Below, one piece after another: positions 31,364 to 41,501 of a stretch of 64,000 bases of DNA. Numbering within the stretch: position 1 is the stretch's first letter; every line of letters starts with the position of its first letter. A model generated the notes under the pieces. It was given only the letters and a program-made list of their open reading frames with translations. It searched no databases and had not been told where the DNA came from. The translations under genes were made by a program, and so were the position numbers. Origin of the DNA: Candidatus Gastranaerophilales bacterium (GTDB lineage: Bacteria; Cyanobacteriota; Vampirovibrionia; Gastranaerophilales; Gastranaerophilaceae); contig CALVEC010000010.1 in NCBI GenBank assembly GCA_944326475.1, forward strand, positions 3,602 through 67,601, read 5' to 3'.

Positions 31364-31912
31364 CTATTTTATCTTCAATGCCATCAAGAGTCCTGCCGGC
31401 AAGTCCAAAACCTGACTTTGAAAATCTGAGTCAGCAGAAATTCTATCTACAAAAGGTTTTACTTTTTCCTTATGAGATAGTACATTATCAGCCAAAAGAA
31501 TCGCACCGGTCGGCATCCTGTCCTTTAAAAGTTCAAAATATTTTATATATTCAGCTTTGTTTGCGTCAATAAAAATGAAATCAGGCTTTATTTCAAGCTC
31601 GGCAAGAACAGCAGCTGCAGAACCGGTTATCGGGGTAACTCTGTCAATAAGCCCGTGTTTTGTAAGGTTTTCAACTGCTATCTTTTGACGCTTTTCCCAA
31701 AATTCAATAGTTATTAAGTGTCCGCCTGTATGGCTTAGAGCTTCCGCAATCCAAAGAGTTGAATATCCGTTAGATGTGCCGATTTCAAGCGCTGATTTTA
31801 TGTTTGAAATTTTTATGAGCATGCTCATAAAAACTGCTGTCTCTCTCGAGACATTCCAGTATTCGTGCTGCGTTTTTTCAAGCTCTTTAAATGTTTCTTC
31901 CAGTTCTGTCAT
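31364..31912 (-). CDS. Class I SAM-dependent O-methyltransferase (family 3, caffeoyl-CoA OMT/YrrM-like)
   Basis: 182 aa. ...ALEIGTSNGYSTLWIAEAL...GHLITIE...FIFIDANKAEYIKYFELL...GAILLADNVL pattern. Confidence 0.8.
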   Translation of the reverse strand: MTELEETFKELEKTQHEYWNVSRETAVFMSMLIKISNIKSALEIGTSNGYSTLWIAEALSHTGGHLITIEFWEKRQKIAVENLTKHGLIDRVTPITGSAAAVLAELEIKPDFIFIDANKAEYIKYFELLKDRMPTGAILLADNVLSHKEKVKPFVDRISADSDFQSQVLDLPAGLLMALKIK

Positions 31913-31951
31913 TATTTTGCGTCCGGCAGGAAAACAGCTCCTGTTTTATTG

Positions 31952-33385
31952 TCATTTCACACTTACATTCATAATTTTTAAATCATTAATATTCAGCGCA
32001 GTCGGCACAGTCTGTACAACTCTGTTTTTAGTGACATCAAATACGTAATAATTATTGCCGGCAATGTCTGTTATCAAAACAAGGTTTGAATCGGGCACTT
32101 TGACTAAATCCTTGGTAAATCCCTTATCGGCAATAGTTATTGCTATTTCCATTGTAAAATCATCCATATTAAAAATCTGGAGTTTATTTGTGCCGGAGAG
32201 GATGTAGAGTTTTCGACCAAACTGCATCATATCAATTGGTTTTACAACCGTATCAATGTCAAAAATCATTTCCTGAAGCTCAACGTCATATACAGAGAGC
32301 TTGTTTTCCGTTCTTGAAAGCAGATACACCTTATTATCGCTGACGAGCAGCTTTGATACATTTCCGACTTTGGCTATTCTTTTATTTATATATGGCATTG
32401 CTGTCGTCAAAGTGTAAACATTACCGGATGTTTTGTCAATGTATCCGATAAGTCCCGATTCTTCATCAAGATACATGTGTTTGGGTATCCCTGTTATTTT
32501 AATTTTTTCAAGAAGCGCCATTGAATGTATGTCTATAACAAATATTGCTTCTTCATTTGAGGCAGAGACATAGGCAGTGCCTCTGTCCTTTGTCAGTACA
32601 ATTTCTGACGGAATTGCAGATATATCTATTTTTTTGGCAAGAACCGACTGGTTTATATCAGCAACATCAATAAATGTTTTGCCTGACGTTGCTACCATAA
32701 TATAATTGTCGTTTGAAACCGGCTCTACAAATCTGGGCAGTCCGTTCAATTTCAAAACAAATTTTGGCTCGGCAGAATCCGTAGGTACAACATTAACGCT
32801 TGATGATTCCAAAGTTGTAATCAAAAGAGTCTTATTTTTAAGTTCCGGCAGCGGCGTTATTTTCTTGTACACAGGTTTTGATTTTGAGATGGAATCCTGC
32901 TGAAAGAAATTGTTCACAGGTGAACTGATAAGAGGGATTTTTAGGTTTCCGAGCACGATTTTCATATCATCGGGCAGAATCATGCCTGGCGGTACAAGCA
33001 AATCCTGAGGCAAAACACCTGCTTTTATAACAGGCGGAATGTTTTTTGATGCCGTAACAGTAAGTCTGCCTTGCTTGTTTTTTATCAGCTTCAAAAGTGC
33101 AAAATTGTTCTCAAAAAGTATCACATCAGGATACTGGGAAAATTTTTTATTTGCCGGATAGGTCTCTTTTACAACCGCTGTTGCAGCTCTGTTTGTTGCG
33201 GCAGGAAAAACCGGAAGATAATTCGTTCCGTTCGGGGTTGTTATCAGCCCGTCAAAGCGGACTCTTGTGTTAGGTACTTCTTTCTTTATGTACTTTTCAA
33301 TCGGTTCCGGCAGTTTTGTAGCATAAGATGCACTCATTGAGAGTATGTATACAAGCACCAGCACTATTATCTTTTTCAATTTCAT
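31952..33385 (-). CDS. Secreted beta-propeller-like repeat protein (YVTN/YncE-like)
   Basis: 477 aa. Signal peptide MKLKKIIVLVLVYILSMSASYA. Repeated about 40-aa units such as ...GTAYVSASNEEAIFVIDIHSMALLEKIKITGIPKHMYLD... Assignment is tentative. Confidence 0.5.
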   Translation of the reverse strand: MKLKKIIVLVLVYILSMSASYATKLPEPIEKYIKKEVPNTRVRFDGLITTPNGTNYLPVFPAATNRAATAVVKETYPANKKFSQYPDVILFENNFALLKLIKNKQGRLTVTASKNIPPVIKAGVLPQDLLVPPGMILPDDMKIVLGNLKIPLISSPVNNFFQQDSISKSKPVYKKITPLPELKNKTLLITTLESSSVNVVPTDSAEPKFVLKLNGLPRFVEPVSNDNYIMVATSGKTFIDVADINQSVLAKKIDISAIPSEIVLTKDRGTAYVSASNEEAIFVIDIHSMALLEKIKITGIPKHMYLDEESGLIGYIDKTSGNVYTLTTAMPYINKRIAKVGNVSKLLVSDNKVYLLSRTENKLSVYDVELQEMIFDIDTVVKPIDMMQFGRKLYILSGTNKLQIFNMDDFTMEIAITIADKGFTKDLVKVPDSNLVLITDIAGNNYYVFDVTKNRVVQTVPTALNINDLKIMNVSVK

Positions 33386-33418
33386 ATTTATTCCTGACTC
33401 CGCCTTAGTTTATAAATT

Positions 33419-34543
33419 CTAATTGTGAATTACATTTTTGAATTTACTTATTATAGTATCATTAGATTTGCGATTAGTCGATATCTCAAACAATCTTTTG
33501 TACAATCTTTTTTCTTCGTCGTTCAGAGTCTTTGGCGTTTTGAATTTTATTACCGCAATATGGTCTCCGCATTTGTCGTTCGAGCCGAGAACCGGAACGC
33601 CTGCGCCTTTTAGCGTTAAAAGTTTTCCAAACTCTGTGCCGGCAGGAATATTCAGGTTTTTTTGACCGTGAACCGTATCAATAGTTATTGTATCTCCAAG
33701 AACTGCTTGCGGCAGGGAAATAAATTCTTCCGAATAAATATTGAAACCGTCTCTTTTAAATTTCTTGTGAGGACGAACATGTAATACTACATACAAATCA
33801 CCGTTTGAACCGCCGTTTTTGCCGGCATCACCTTCTTTTGCTATGCGCATTTTTGAGTTGTCGTCAATACCTGCAGGAATCTTAACCTTTACGGCTTTTT
33901 CTGTTTCAATACGACCTTCTCCCTTGCATTTTGTACACGGAGACTCTATCACCTGTCCTTTTCCGTGGCATTTTGGACAGACGCTAATCTGGCTAAAGCT
34001 GCCGAGAATAGTTTGTGTAACCTGCTGAACCTGACCGGAACCGTGACAGGTCGGACAAGTTATTGGTTTTGAACCGGCTTTGGCTCCGCTGCCGTTACAC
34101 TCTGAGCAGGTTTCAAGGTGGTCAATTTTTATTTCTTTTTCTATGCCAAAAACAGCTTCTTCAAAATCGAGTTCTATATCCAGTCTTAAATCATGCCCGC
34201 GAACAGGTGCATTAGGGTCGGCGTGCCTGCCGTAACTGCCTCCGAAACCGGAAAAAAAGGTTTCAAAAATATCATTAAGGTTGCCAAACCCGAAATCAAA
34301 CGGTCCTGCATTGTCATAACCGGCATTTTTTAAACCGTCCTCGCCGTATCGGTCATACAAAGCGCGTTTCTGCTCGTCCATAAGAGTTTCATACGCCTTG
34401 CCCAGTTCTTTAAATCTTTCTTCTGCATCCGGCGCCTTGTTTACGTCCGGGTGCAGCTCTCTGGCTTTTCTTCTGAAAGCCTTTTTTATTTCTTCCTGGG
34501 TTGCATTAGCTTCAACTCCCAGTATCTCGTAGTAATTAGCCAT
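33419..34543 (-). CDS. dnaJ: Molecular chaperone DnaJ
   Basis: J-domain with HPD (RELHPDVNK), a G/F-rich linker and four CxxCxGxG repeats ([32 protein letters not shown]). Confidence 0.97.
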   Translation of the reverse strand: MANYYEILGVEANATQEEIKKAFRRKARELHPDVNKAPDAEERFKELGKAYETLMDEQKRALYDRYGEDGLKNAGYDNAGPFDFGFGNLNDIFETFFSGFGGSYGRHADPNAPVRGHDLRLDIELDFEEAVFGIEKEIKIDHLETCSECNGSGAKAGSKPITCPTCHGSGQVQQVTQTILGSFSQISVCPKCHGKGQVIESPCTKCKGEGRIETEKAVKVKIPAGIDDNSKMRIAKEGDAGKNGGSNGDLYVVLHVRPHKKFKRDGFNIYSEEFISLPQAVLGDTITIDTVHGQKNLNIPAGTEFGKLLTLKGAGVPVLGSNDKCGDHIAVIKFKTPKTLNDEEKRLYKRLFEISTNRKSNDTIISKFKNVIHN

Positions 34544-34551
34544 TTCCCTCT

Positions 34552-35133
34552 CTATTCACTGACAGCAACATTCACAAGCGACGGTCTTAAAACTCTGTCG
34601 CCGAGTTTGTAACCTTTTTGCAGTTCAGCGATGATTGTATGCTCGGGGTACTCCGATGTCGGAGTCTGCATTACCGCCTCGTGCAGGTTAGGGTCAAATG
34701 TTGCGTCTTTTGTTTCGATTACTTCCAATCCTATTTTGTTTAATGCGTCGAATAACTGTTTGAAAACAATATTATAGCTGTCTTTTACAGCTTTAACATC
34801 TTCCATTTTTTCAGTTGAAGCAACAGCTCTGTCTATAGTATCAAGCGTTTCTATAAGTTTTTTCAATGTGTCTTCTGCGCCGTATTTGAGCAGCGCTTCT
34901 CTCTCCTGCATCTGTCTTTTTCTGTAGTTGTCAAAGTCTGCGGCAAGACGCAGATACTGATTGTTCAGCTTGTCAATTTCCGCTTTTAGTTTTTCAATTG
35001 TATTGTCGCATTCTTCAGTAATTTCTTCAACTTCTTCTTTCGGAATGCATTCATCAGAAAAAGGATTTCCGCCGGATTCCGCAGCTTCGGAAACTTCGGC
35101 TTCTTCATTTAAAATATTATCATCGTTCCCCAT
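34552..35133 (-). CDS. grpE: Nucleotide exchange factor GrpE
   Basis: 193 aa. Acidic N-terminus, coiled coil (…[13 protein letters not shown]…) and C-terminal ...[16 protein letters not shown]. Directly upstream of dnaJ, with no dnaK between them. Confidence 0.92.
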   Translation of the reverse strand: MGNDDNILNEEAEVSEAAESGGNPFSDECIPKEEVEEITEECDNTIEKLKAEIDKLNNQYLRLAADFDNYRKRQMQEREALLKYGAEDTLKKLIETLDTIDRAVASTEKMEDVKAVKDSYNIVFKQLFDALNKIGLEVIETKDATFDPNLHEAVMQTPTSEYPEHTIIAELQKGYKLGDRVLRPSLVNVAVSE

Positions 35134-35259
35134 AATAACCGTCCTTTTGTTTATTTGTTAATCATATTATAGATTATCAATTAATTTACTCAAGGTTTAT
35201 TAATCTTTTTTTAATATTTCTATATAGTAAATTGCGTCATTTTATTTCAGGTATTACGG

Positions 35260-36816
35260 CTATAAATTTTCCTTGTTATCATAAGCCATTTTTTTGAACA
35301 AAAATACTGCAGGCACAAGTAAAATCACGAGAGCTGCGTATATTTTGAAACAGTCCATAAAAGCAAGAAGATTTGCCTGCTGCTGGAGTTCGCCGTAAAT
35401 CAGGTAGTTAGCTTTTGATGTGGCAAGCCCTGCGCCGGAACCGGACATTGCAGCCTGAAAAGCGTTGAATTTAGCCATAAATGCGTGATTTGCATAAGTG
35501 AGGTTGTGTACAAGATTGGTCTGATGAACCTGTCCCATTCTTGAAATAAGCGTAGAAACAACAGAGGTACCGACTGCGCCGCCTACGCTTTTTGCAAGGT
35601 TAAAGATACCGGATGCATTCGTCATTTGATTGTTTGTTAATGTCACAAAAGAAATGGTCATAAGCGGTATCATAAGCAAGCTGAACGCAAATCCGCATAC
35701 GATGTTAGGCAGAATAATATTGCTCATTGCAATCTCCATATTCAAAGAGCCAAACATTATGTTTGAGACTCCGAGAAGAACCATGCCCGCAATGACTACC
35801 AAACGCTGGTCAACTCTGTTTGCCAGCAGTGCACAGACGATTAATCCGGCAAATGACCCGAATCCTCTGGGACTTATTGCAAAGCCGCTCAGTGTCGCAG
35901 TATAGCCGAGTAAATGCTGCAAAAACAGCGGAAGTATGGCAAGAGTTGAGTACAAAACTGCACCGATTACCGTGTTCAGCATTGTGCCGATAAAAAAATT
36001 TCTGTCTAAAAAAACTTTCAAGTCCACAATCGGATTTTTGGTTTTCAACTCACGCCACAAAAAGCCTATAAAACAAGCAAAAGACAATCCTGACGTCCAT
36101 CTTATCCACCTTGCACCGAACCAGTCATTTTTCTGTCCGTTATCAAGTACGAGCTGCAATGAGAACAGCCACACAATAAGAAGTAAAAAACCGAGATAAT
36201 CAACGGATTGAACTTTGCCTTTTCTTGCGTACGGCGGGTCTTCAATCCACATTCGTCCGAGAATAACGGCAATTATACCGATAGGGACATTTATGAGAAA
36301 AATCCAGTGCCATGAATATGTGTCGGTAATCCAGCCGCCGAGCGTTGGTCCGATAATTGGTGCAAAGATTACTCCGAATCCGAAGACAGACATCGCAACC
36401 CCTCGTTCTTCAACCGGAAATTCCTCCATCATAACTGCCTGACCTATAGGCATAATTGCCCCGCCTCCTATACCCTGCAGTACTCTTGCAACAATGAGCA
36501 TTCCCATATTTGATGAAATTCCGCATAGTGCAGAGGACAGTGTAAACAAAATCGTCGACAGAAGCAAAAAATTCTTTCTGCCAAAAAGTGTTGAAAACCA
36601 GGCAGTTGACGGGATTATGACGCCGTTTGCAACAAGATAGCTTGTCAAAACCCACGTGGATTCATCCTGCGTTGCTGAAAAGCTTCCGGCAATATGCGGC
36701 AGTGCAACGTTTGCAATTGACGAGTCCAGGACAACCATGAAAATGGTTATCATAATTGCCGAAGCCGGATACCACGGGTTCATTTTTGTTTCGTTTAATG
36801 CAACCTCAGCGCTCAT
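35260..36816 (-). CDS. emrB: DHA2-family MFS efflux transporter (EmrB/QacA-like), module 1
   Basis: 518 aa, about 14 TM segments. LDSSIANVALPHIAGSF and VARVLQGIGGGAIMP motifs. Confidence 0.9.
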   Translation of the reverse strand: MSAEVALNETKMNPWYPASAIMITIFMVVLDSSIANVALPHIAGSFSATQDESTWVLTSYLVANGVIIPSTAWFSTLFGRKNFLLLSTILFTLSSALCGISSNMGMLIVARVLQGIGGGAIMPIGQAVMMEEFPVEERGVAMSVFGFGVIFAPIIGPTLGGWITDTYSWHWIFLINVPIGIIAVILGRMWIEDPPYARKGKVQSVDYLGFLLLIVWLFSLQLVLDNGQKNDWFGARWIRWTSGLSFACFIGFLWRELKTKNPIVDLKVFLDRNFFIGTMLNTVIGAVLYSTLAILPLFLQHLLGYTATLSGFAISPRGFGSFAGLIVCALLANRVDQRLVVIAGMVLLGVSNIMFGSLNMEIAMSNIILPNIVCGFAFSLLMIPLMTISFVTLTNNQMTNASGIFNLAKSVGGAVGTSVVSTLISRMGQVHQTNLVHNLTYANHAFMAKFNAFQAAMSGSGAGLATSKANYLIYGELQQQANLLAFMDCFKIYAALVILLVPAVFLFKKMAYDNKENL

Positions 36817-37826
36817 TTTTCTCTAACCATAACCTTGGGAACAACCGACATACCGGGTTCTATACTGTATTGCGGGTCAAGCTTTTCCGTAAACACGATT
36901 TTTACGGGAACTCGCTGCACTACCTTAACATAGCTTCCGACAGCGTTTTCCGGCGGGAACATGCTGGTTCTTGCACCTGTGCTTGCCTGAATCGAGTCAA
37001 CCTTTGCGTTCAGTCTTAAATGCGGGTAGGCGTCAACCTTAACACGAACTCTCTGACCGACTCTAATATGATTAAGCTGAGTCTCTTTAAAGTTTGCAAC
37101 GACCCACCTCTTGTCAGGAACTATGGAAAACATCGGTGTCCCGGCGTGAATAAACGCGCCGGCTTCTGCTGAACGGTTTGTGATTTTTCCGTCTTCCGGT
37201 GCATAGATTTTTGTGTATGAAAGCTCTAGTTTTGCCTGATTCATTGCTGCTTCAAGCTTTTTTAACTCTGCGTCCGCAACCATGTTTTTCTTTGACGAAA
37301 AAACTCTCTGGCGTGCTGTTTCAAGATTTGCGGAAGTTGTTTCATACTTTGATTTTGCACGGTCAAGTTCCTGTTTTGAAACCGCGCCTTTGTCGTAAAG
37401 GTTCTGATATCTCTTTAAGTCAACCGCTGCGAGTTTTTTATCAATATCTGCCGCAACTCTGTCCGCTACAGCTGATTTCTGGCTGTTTAATGACATTTCG
37501 TAGGCGGCTTTAGCCTGTTCATAACGCACCTTGTAGTCTCTATCGTCAATCACAAGCAGCAAATCGCCCTTTTTTACGTGCATATTGTCGTCAATGTAAA
37601 GTTTTTCAATTATGCCGCTGACTTTCGGACTTATTTGTATAACGTGTCCTTCAACAAATGCATCGTCCGTTGTCTCAAAAGATGAAAAATACAGCCAGCC
37701 GAGCACTGATAGTACGACGATTGTCAGCAGTGAAAATATAAATCTTTTCTTTTTGGCAAGCTGTGCCAGTCTCTCTTTCTTTGTCAGTTTGATTTCTTTG
37801 TTTTCTTTAAAATTTTCCTCTGTCAT
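36813..37826 (-). CDS. emrA: HlyD/EmrA-family periplasmic adaptor, module 1
   Basis: 337 aa. N-terminal TM, TDDAFVEGHVIQISPKVSG, a coiled-coil hairpin, and ...VVQRVPVKIVF. 4-nt overlap with emrB. Confidence 0.9.
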   Translation of the reverse strand: MTEENFKENKEIKLTKKERLAQLAKKKRFIFSLLTIVVLSVLGWLYFSSFETTDDAFVEGHVIQISPKVSGIIEKLYIDDNMHVKKGDLLLVIDDRDYKVRYEQAKAAYEMSLNSQKSAVADRVAADIDKKLAAVDLKRYQNLYDKGAVSKQELDRAKSKYETTSANLETARQRVFSSKKNMVADAELKKLEAAMNQAKLELSYTKIYAPEDGKITNRSAEAGAFIHAGTPMFSIVPDKRWVVANFKETQLNHIRVGQRVRVKVDAYPHLRLNAKVDSIQASTGARTSMFPPENAVGSYVKVVQRVPVKIVFTEKLDPQYSIEPGMSVVPKVMVREK

Positions 37827-37841
37827 TGTTTTTCTTCCTGT

Positions 37842-38300
37842 TTATTGCCAAACATTTATTCCGTAGTGTTTGGTCATGTTGTTTCTGATTTTTTCAAGCA
37901 GACTCTGTAAATTGTCTATATCTTTATCCCCGAGTCCGTCTGTCATGTTTTTGTAAAACTCAAGCCTGAGCGGCTCCATTTTTTCTGCTGTTATTTTCCC
38001 TTTCTCTGTGATAAAAAGTTTTACAATTTTTTTGTTTTTCTCGTCCTTATTTTTTGTTATATAACCCTTTTTTGCCAGAATATTTACCATTCTTGTAATA
38101 TTCGGGCGGTCTTTTTTCAAAAGTTTTGCAATTTGCGACTGATATAGTCCGTCTTTATAGTGCAAAATAAAAATAATGCCGAACTGTTCTGATGTAATAT
38201 CGAGTTTTACTGTGTTTTTGAACAAATTGTGACCTGCCAACTGACAGTATGTTGATGTCAATTGCAGCATGTCCATTATATTTATTTTGTCACCGGTCAT
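37842..38300 (-). CDS. MarR-family transcriptional regulator, module 1
   Basis: 152 aa winged-helix pattern (...QSQIAKLLKKDRPNITRMVNILAKKGYITK...). First gene of the marR-emrA-emrB operon. Confidence 0.85.
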   Translation of the reverse strand: MTGDKINIMDMLQLTSTYCQLAGHNLFKNTVKLDITSEQFGIIFILHYKDGLYQSQIAKLLKKDRPNITRMVNILAKKGYITKNKDEKNKKIVKLFITEKGKITAEKMEPLRLEFYKNMTDGLGDKDIDNLQSLLEKIRNNMTKHYGINVWQ

Positions 38301-38323
38301 TCGTGATTTCCCAAGTCCTATTT

Positions 38324-38346
38324 TAACAATTGTTATTACAATAACA
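38324..38346. promoter_or_regulatory. Candidate MarR operator (overlapping palindromes)
   Basis: TAACAATTGTTA is a perfect 12-bp palindrome (38324-38335). It overlaps TGTTATT-AC-AATAACA (38331-46). The site lies 24-46 nt upstream of the marR start. Confidence 0.45.
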
Positions 38347-38399
38347 TAAATAAGAAATTTTTTATATAGTCACCTGTACTTAATTTGTGTTTTGTCCTG

Positions 38400-38933
38400 T
38401 TACCTTATACTGAAAGAGCAGCCGCAGTAAGTTTGGCGGTAGAAATCATTTTCTTTTGCAAGCTGCATTGTTTTTAAGAAACCGTCCTGCTTTTTAAAAT
38501 CTTCGCGTACAAAATTTACACCATAGTGAACAAGTGAATCGGCTTCCTTAAAAATCTCGCGGGAAACCTTGTGCGGGCTGACAGTAAGGGTTGTGGAAAA
38601 GTTTTTAATCCCAAGCTCGAGTGCCTTTTTTACGGTTTTTTCCAGTCTGTATTTAAAACACAAATTGCATCGCCTGCCTTTCTCCGGCTCGTTTTCGTAT
38701 CCTTTTATGAAATCAAGCCAGTCTGACGGATTATACTCATCAATCATGTACTTATAACCCATTTTTTCGCAGTATTTTTCAAGTTCATCGCGGCGTCTTT
38801 CATACTCTGATAGCGGCGCAATGTTTGAATTGCAGAAGAAAACGGTTACATCGTAACCGCTTTCTGTAAGTTTTTGTATAGGATATGCCATGCACACGGC
38901 ACAACAGGCATGGAGCAAAAGTTCTTCTGCCAC
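38400..38933 (-). CDS. queH: Epoxyqueuosine reductase QueH (DUF208)
   Basis: 177 aa. Conserved Cys pattern LLLHACCAVC...RRCNLCFKYRL...YRQTYCGCSFS. GTG start. Confidence 0.85.
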   Translation of the reverse strand: MAEELLLHACCAVCMAYPIQKLTESGYDVTVFFCNSNIAPLSEYERRRDELEKYCEKMGYKYMIDEYNPSDWLDFIKGYENEPEKGRRCNLCFKYRLEKTVKKALELGIKNFSTTLTVSPHKVSREIFKEADSLVHYGVNFVREDFKKQDGFLKTMQLAKENDFYRQTYCGCSFSIR

Positions 38934-38935
38934 TT

Positions 38936-40123
38936 TTATTTCCTTTCCTTTGCGCCGGCTTTTAGGAGTTTTGCTTTGAGTTCGTCATAGTTGACAATAC
39001 CTACTTGTGTCTCCATGTTTATTCTCATAGCCGGAGTTCCGTCTATGCCGAGTTCATTGGCTCTGTCTATGTCTTTCAAAAGTTCAGACTCGACATCTTT
39101 GCTGTGAGCGTCCTGCTGCAGTTTATCCATATCAAGATTGAGTTTTCTTGCCGCAGTAAGTATGTCTTCTTCTGTTTTTATGTCAGCTTCTTTATCGAAA
39201 AGGATTGTGTTTAAGTCCCAGAATTTTCCCTGACGTCCTGCCGCTATTGCATATTTAGCCATAAGACAGGAGCCGTCATGCATTGGACCGGGCATGTATT
39301 TGTTGCAGGAATTGTCCAGCGGAAGGTGGTGGTGCACGATTTTCAGGTTTTCGAGTTCTGAAACAGCTCTGTAGAACATTGTATTCATCACAAAACAAAA
39401 CTGACAGTGATAATCTGTGTAAATATCAACAACAAGTTCTGCATTAGGGTCGCCAAGAACGTTTCCGGATACATTATATGCATCTTTTGTTGCTTTATTA
39501 AGCTGTTTGTACTGTTTAACCTGCGGCGTGAAAACATTCGTTACCGAAGTATATGTCAAAAAGCCTGCGGCTAAGAGCACAAGCGCAAAAAATGAAATTG
39601 CATACCTTTTTACCTTTATCGCTTCTATAAAATCTGCAATACTTGTTTTGAATACATCGAAAAAATTTTCGTCGTCAGGTTTTGCGACAAGTGCTACTAC
39701 AAGATTTATAAAATATGTACAGAAGCAGAGTATGCAGATTTTGTTTATCTCAAACAGCGAAATTCCTGCAAGAACCATTGACAGAATAAAAGCAATAAGC
39801 CCGAGTGCTGTCAAATAGCTTTCAGGACGCTTAAACACCTTTAAAAATCCGAGGAATTTGAGGTTTGAAATTTTGTCCACGTAAGTAAAGAACAAGAACA
39901 GAAAATATAAAAATATTCCCCAGAAACAAAGCGGTACGCCAAAACATTGTGAATGTACGGTTTTTGCTGCACCGTCACAGTCTATTAATTCGTTTACCGA
40001 GCAAAAACTCGAAAGTGCATAAGGATTAAAGTTTGCATTTATATATACAACACACAGCTCTATAGAAAGGGCTAAACCAATCAGAGCAAGGATTGTAAGT
40101 GTTATTCTTTTTGATTTATTCAT
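38936..40123 (-). CDS. Vitamin K epoxide reductase (VKOR) membrane domain fused to a DsbA/thioredoxin-like domain
   Basis: The VKOR part has loop cysteines (FCSVNELIDCDG) and CxxC in a TM helix (ICILCFC). The C-terminal domain has YTDYHCQFCF and a DsbA-like ...LGIDGTPAM. The ATG at 40123 has a GAGGA SD. The track ORF starts at TTG 40153. Confidence 0.8.
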   Translation of the reverse strand: MNKSKRITLTILALIGLALSIELCVVYINANFNPYALSSFCSVNELIDCDGAAKTVHSQCFGVPLCFWGIFLYFLFLFFTYVDKISNLKFLGFLKVFKRPESYLTALGLIAFILSMVLAGISLFEINKICILCFCTYFINLVVALVAKPDDENFFDVFKTSIADFIEAIKVKRYAISFFALVLLAAGFLTYTSVTNVFTPQVKQYKQLNKATKDAYNVSGNVLGDPNAELVVDIYTDYHCQFCFVMNTMFYRAVSELENLKIVHHHLPLDNSCNKYMPGPMHDGSCLMAKYAIAAGRQGKFWDLNTILFDKEADIKTEEDILTAARKLNLDMDKLQQDAHSKDVESELLKDIDRANELGIDGTPAMRINMETQVGIVNYDELKAKLLKAGAKERK

Positions 40124-41501
40124 TTTCTTCTTCCTCTTTTTCACACTCGCCAACGCTGAGTAAAACTGCCGTAGCTATTGCCGCCATTGTCCAGAATACA
40201 AATTGAACCTGCGGTCTAAAGAATATTGTATCAAACAGACCGTGGGTCATCACACCCAGAATGGTTAATATTACCGACGAAAGTATTATCTTTCCGGTTA
40301 AGTCGTTAGGACGACAGATGTATTTTATTGTGTCTATTAACATGTAGCCGAGAAATGCAATGAAGGACAGCAGTGCAAATATGCCGCTTTCCACCGCAAT
40401 CTCAAGCGGCACGCAATATGTGCTCAATGCGTCAAAACCTGTCATCATATACAGTCCGTATATTTCTCTAAACGTTCTGTTTCCTGTTCCGATTCCTATT
40501 ATCCAGTTGTCTCTAAGCATCATTAAAGAAGAATGATACACATTCATTCTGAAAGACGTAGAGGAGTCGCCGCGGAGCAGAAATATAGAGAAAAGCCGTT
40601 TTGCTATTTGCGGTACCGCCGCCATAACGGCTATTACACCGGCAACAATAGTTGATGTAATAATCATCCAGTATTTTTTGATTTTTTCAGCCGCTGAAAA
40701 ATCCGTGTATATAATTTTTCCGGATATTGCCAGCATGCCGGCAATAATCGCCGCAAGTCCGAGATAAGCACCGCGCGAGCCTGTTACGAATATTGCATAA
40801 GCGCAAACAAGAAACATTATCAGGCTATATACAAAACTCTTGTAATGCTTTTTTACAACCGCAAGCAATCCGGTTGCGGCAATGCAGGAAATACCCGACA
40901 CAAGATATCCGCCAAGAAGGTTAGGATTGTAGGGTTTTAGTGTTCCGTAAGCTCTTGAGATTATATCTTCCGGGTTTACGTAATGAGAGTCCTGCCATTT
41001 TGCAATAGCCGCAACTCCGTGCCAATTCTGAAATATGGCAATTATACTTTCAATAAAGCATAACACGCCGATTAATCCAAGGATGTATTTGATTTTTCCT
41101 TTATTGTCGTAAAAGTAGTTCGCTGCCGCAAAATAAAATGTTATATATATAACAGTCTTTAAAAATCCGTGTATACTCTGCTGCAGCAGTGTCGAATTTA
41201 CAACGCTTAAAAGGCACAGAAGAAAATATATAATAAGCATTCCGTCGCCTTTGGTAATTCGCAGCGCGGTACCTCTTTTTATAAACAATTTCACAATTGT
41301 TAAAAGGACAACCGCAATAGCCAGTGCTCCAATCTGCTCACTTTGGAAAAAAGTCGAGCAGACGAGCGTTGCAACTATGAATAAGAAAATTATATTGTCG
41401 ATACTGCCCAGAATGAAGCTTTTTTCATAAAGAAATGAAAGTTTTTTCTGGCAGAAACCGAAAAATTTGTTGCCTAATTCTAAAAATGTACTTTCACTCA
41501 T
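40116..41501 (-). CDS. O-antigen ligase / O-antigen polymerase (Wzy_C) family membrane protein
   Basis: 461 aa polytopic. ...FVTGSRGAYLGLAAIIAG... block typical of the Wzy_C/WaaL family. Confidence 0.75.
   Translation of the reverse strand: MSESTFLELGNKFFGFCQKKLSFLYEKSFILGSIDNIIFLFIVATLVCSTFFQSEQIGALAIAVVLLTIVKLFIKRGTALRITKGDGMLIIYFLLCLLSVVNSTLLQQSIHGFLKTVIYITFYFAAANYFYDNKGKIKYILGLIGVLCFIESIIAIFQNWHGVAAIAKWQDSHYVNPEDIISRAYGTLKPYNPNLLGGYLVSGISCIAATGLLAVVKKHYKSFVYSLIMFLVCAYAIFVTGSRGAYLGLAAIIAGMLAISGKIIYTDFSAAEKIKKYWMIITSTIVAGVIAVMAAVPQIAKRLFSIFLLRGDSSTSFRMNVYHSSLMMLRDNWIIGIGTGNRTFREIYGLYMMTGFDALSTYCVPLEIAVESGIFALLSFIAFLGYMLIDTIKYICRPNDLTGKIILSSVILTILGVMTHGLFDTIFFRPQVQFVFWTMAAIATAVLLSVGECEKEEEENE

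Noticed and set aside
30845-31429. 194-aa plus-strand ORF overlapping the PFOR 3' end and running past its terminator
   Set aside because: It is out of frame within a fully motif-supported PFOR gene and crosses a strong terminator.
35134-35259. CIRCE (HrcA operator) upstream of grpE-dnaJ
   Set aside because: No TTAGCACTC-N9-GAGTGCTAA-like inverted repeat is present in the upstream region.
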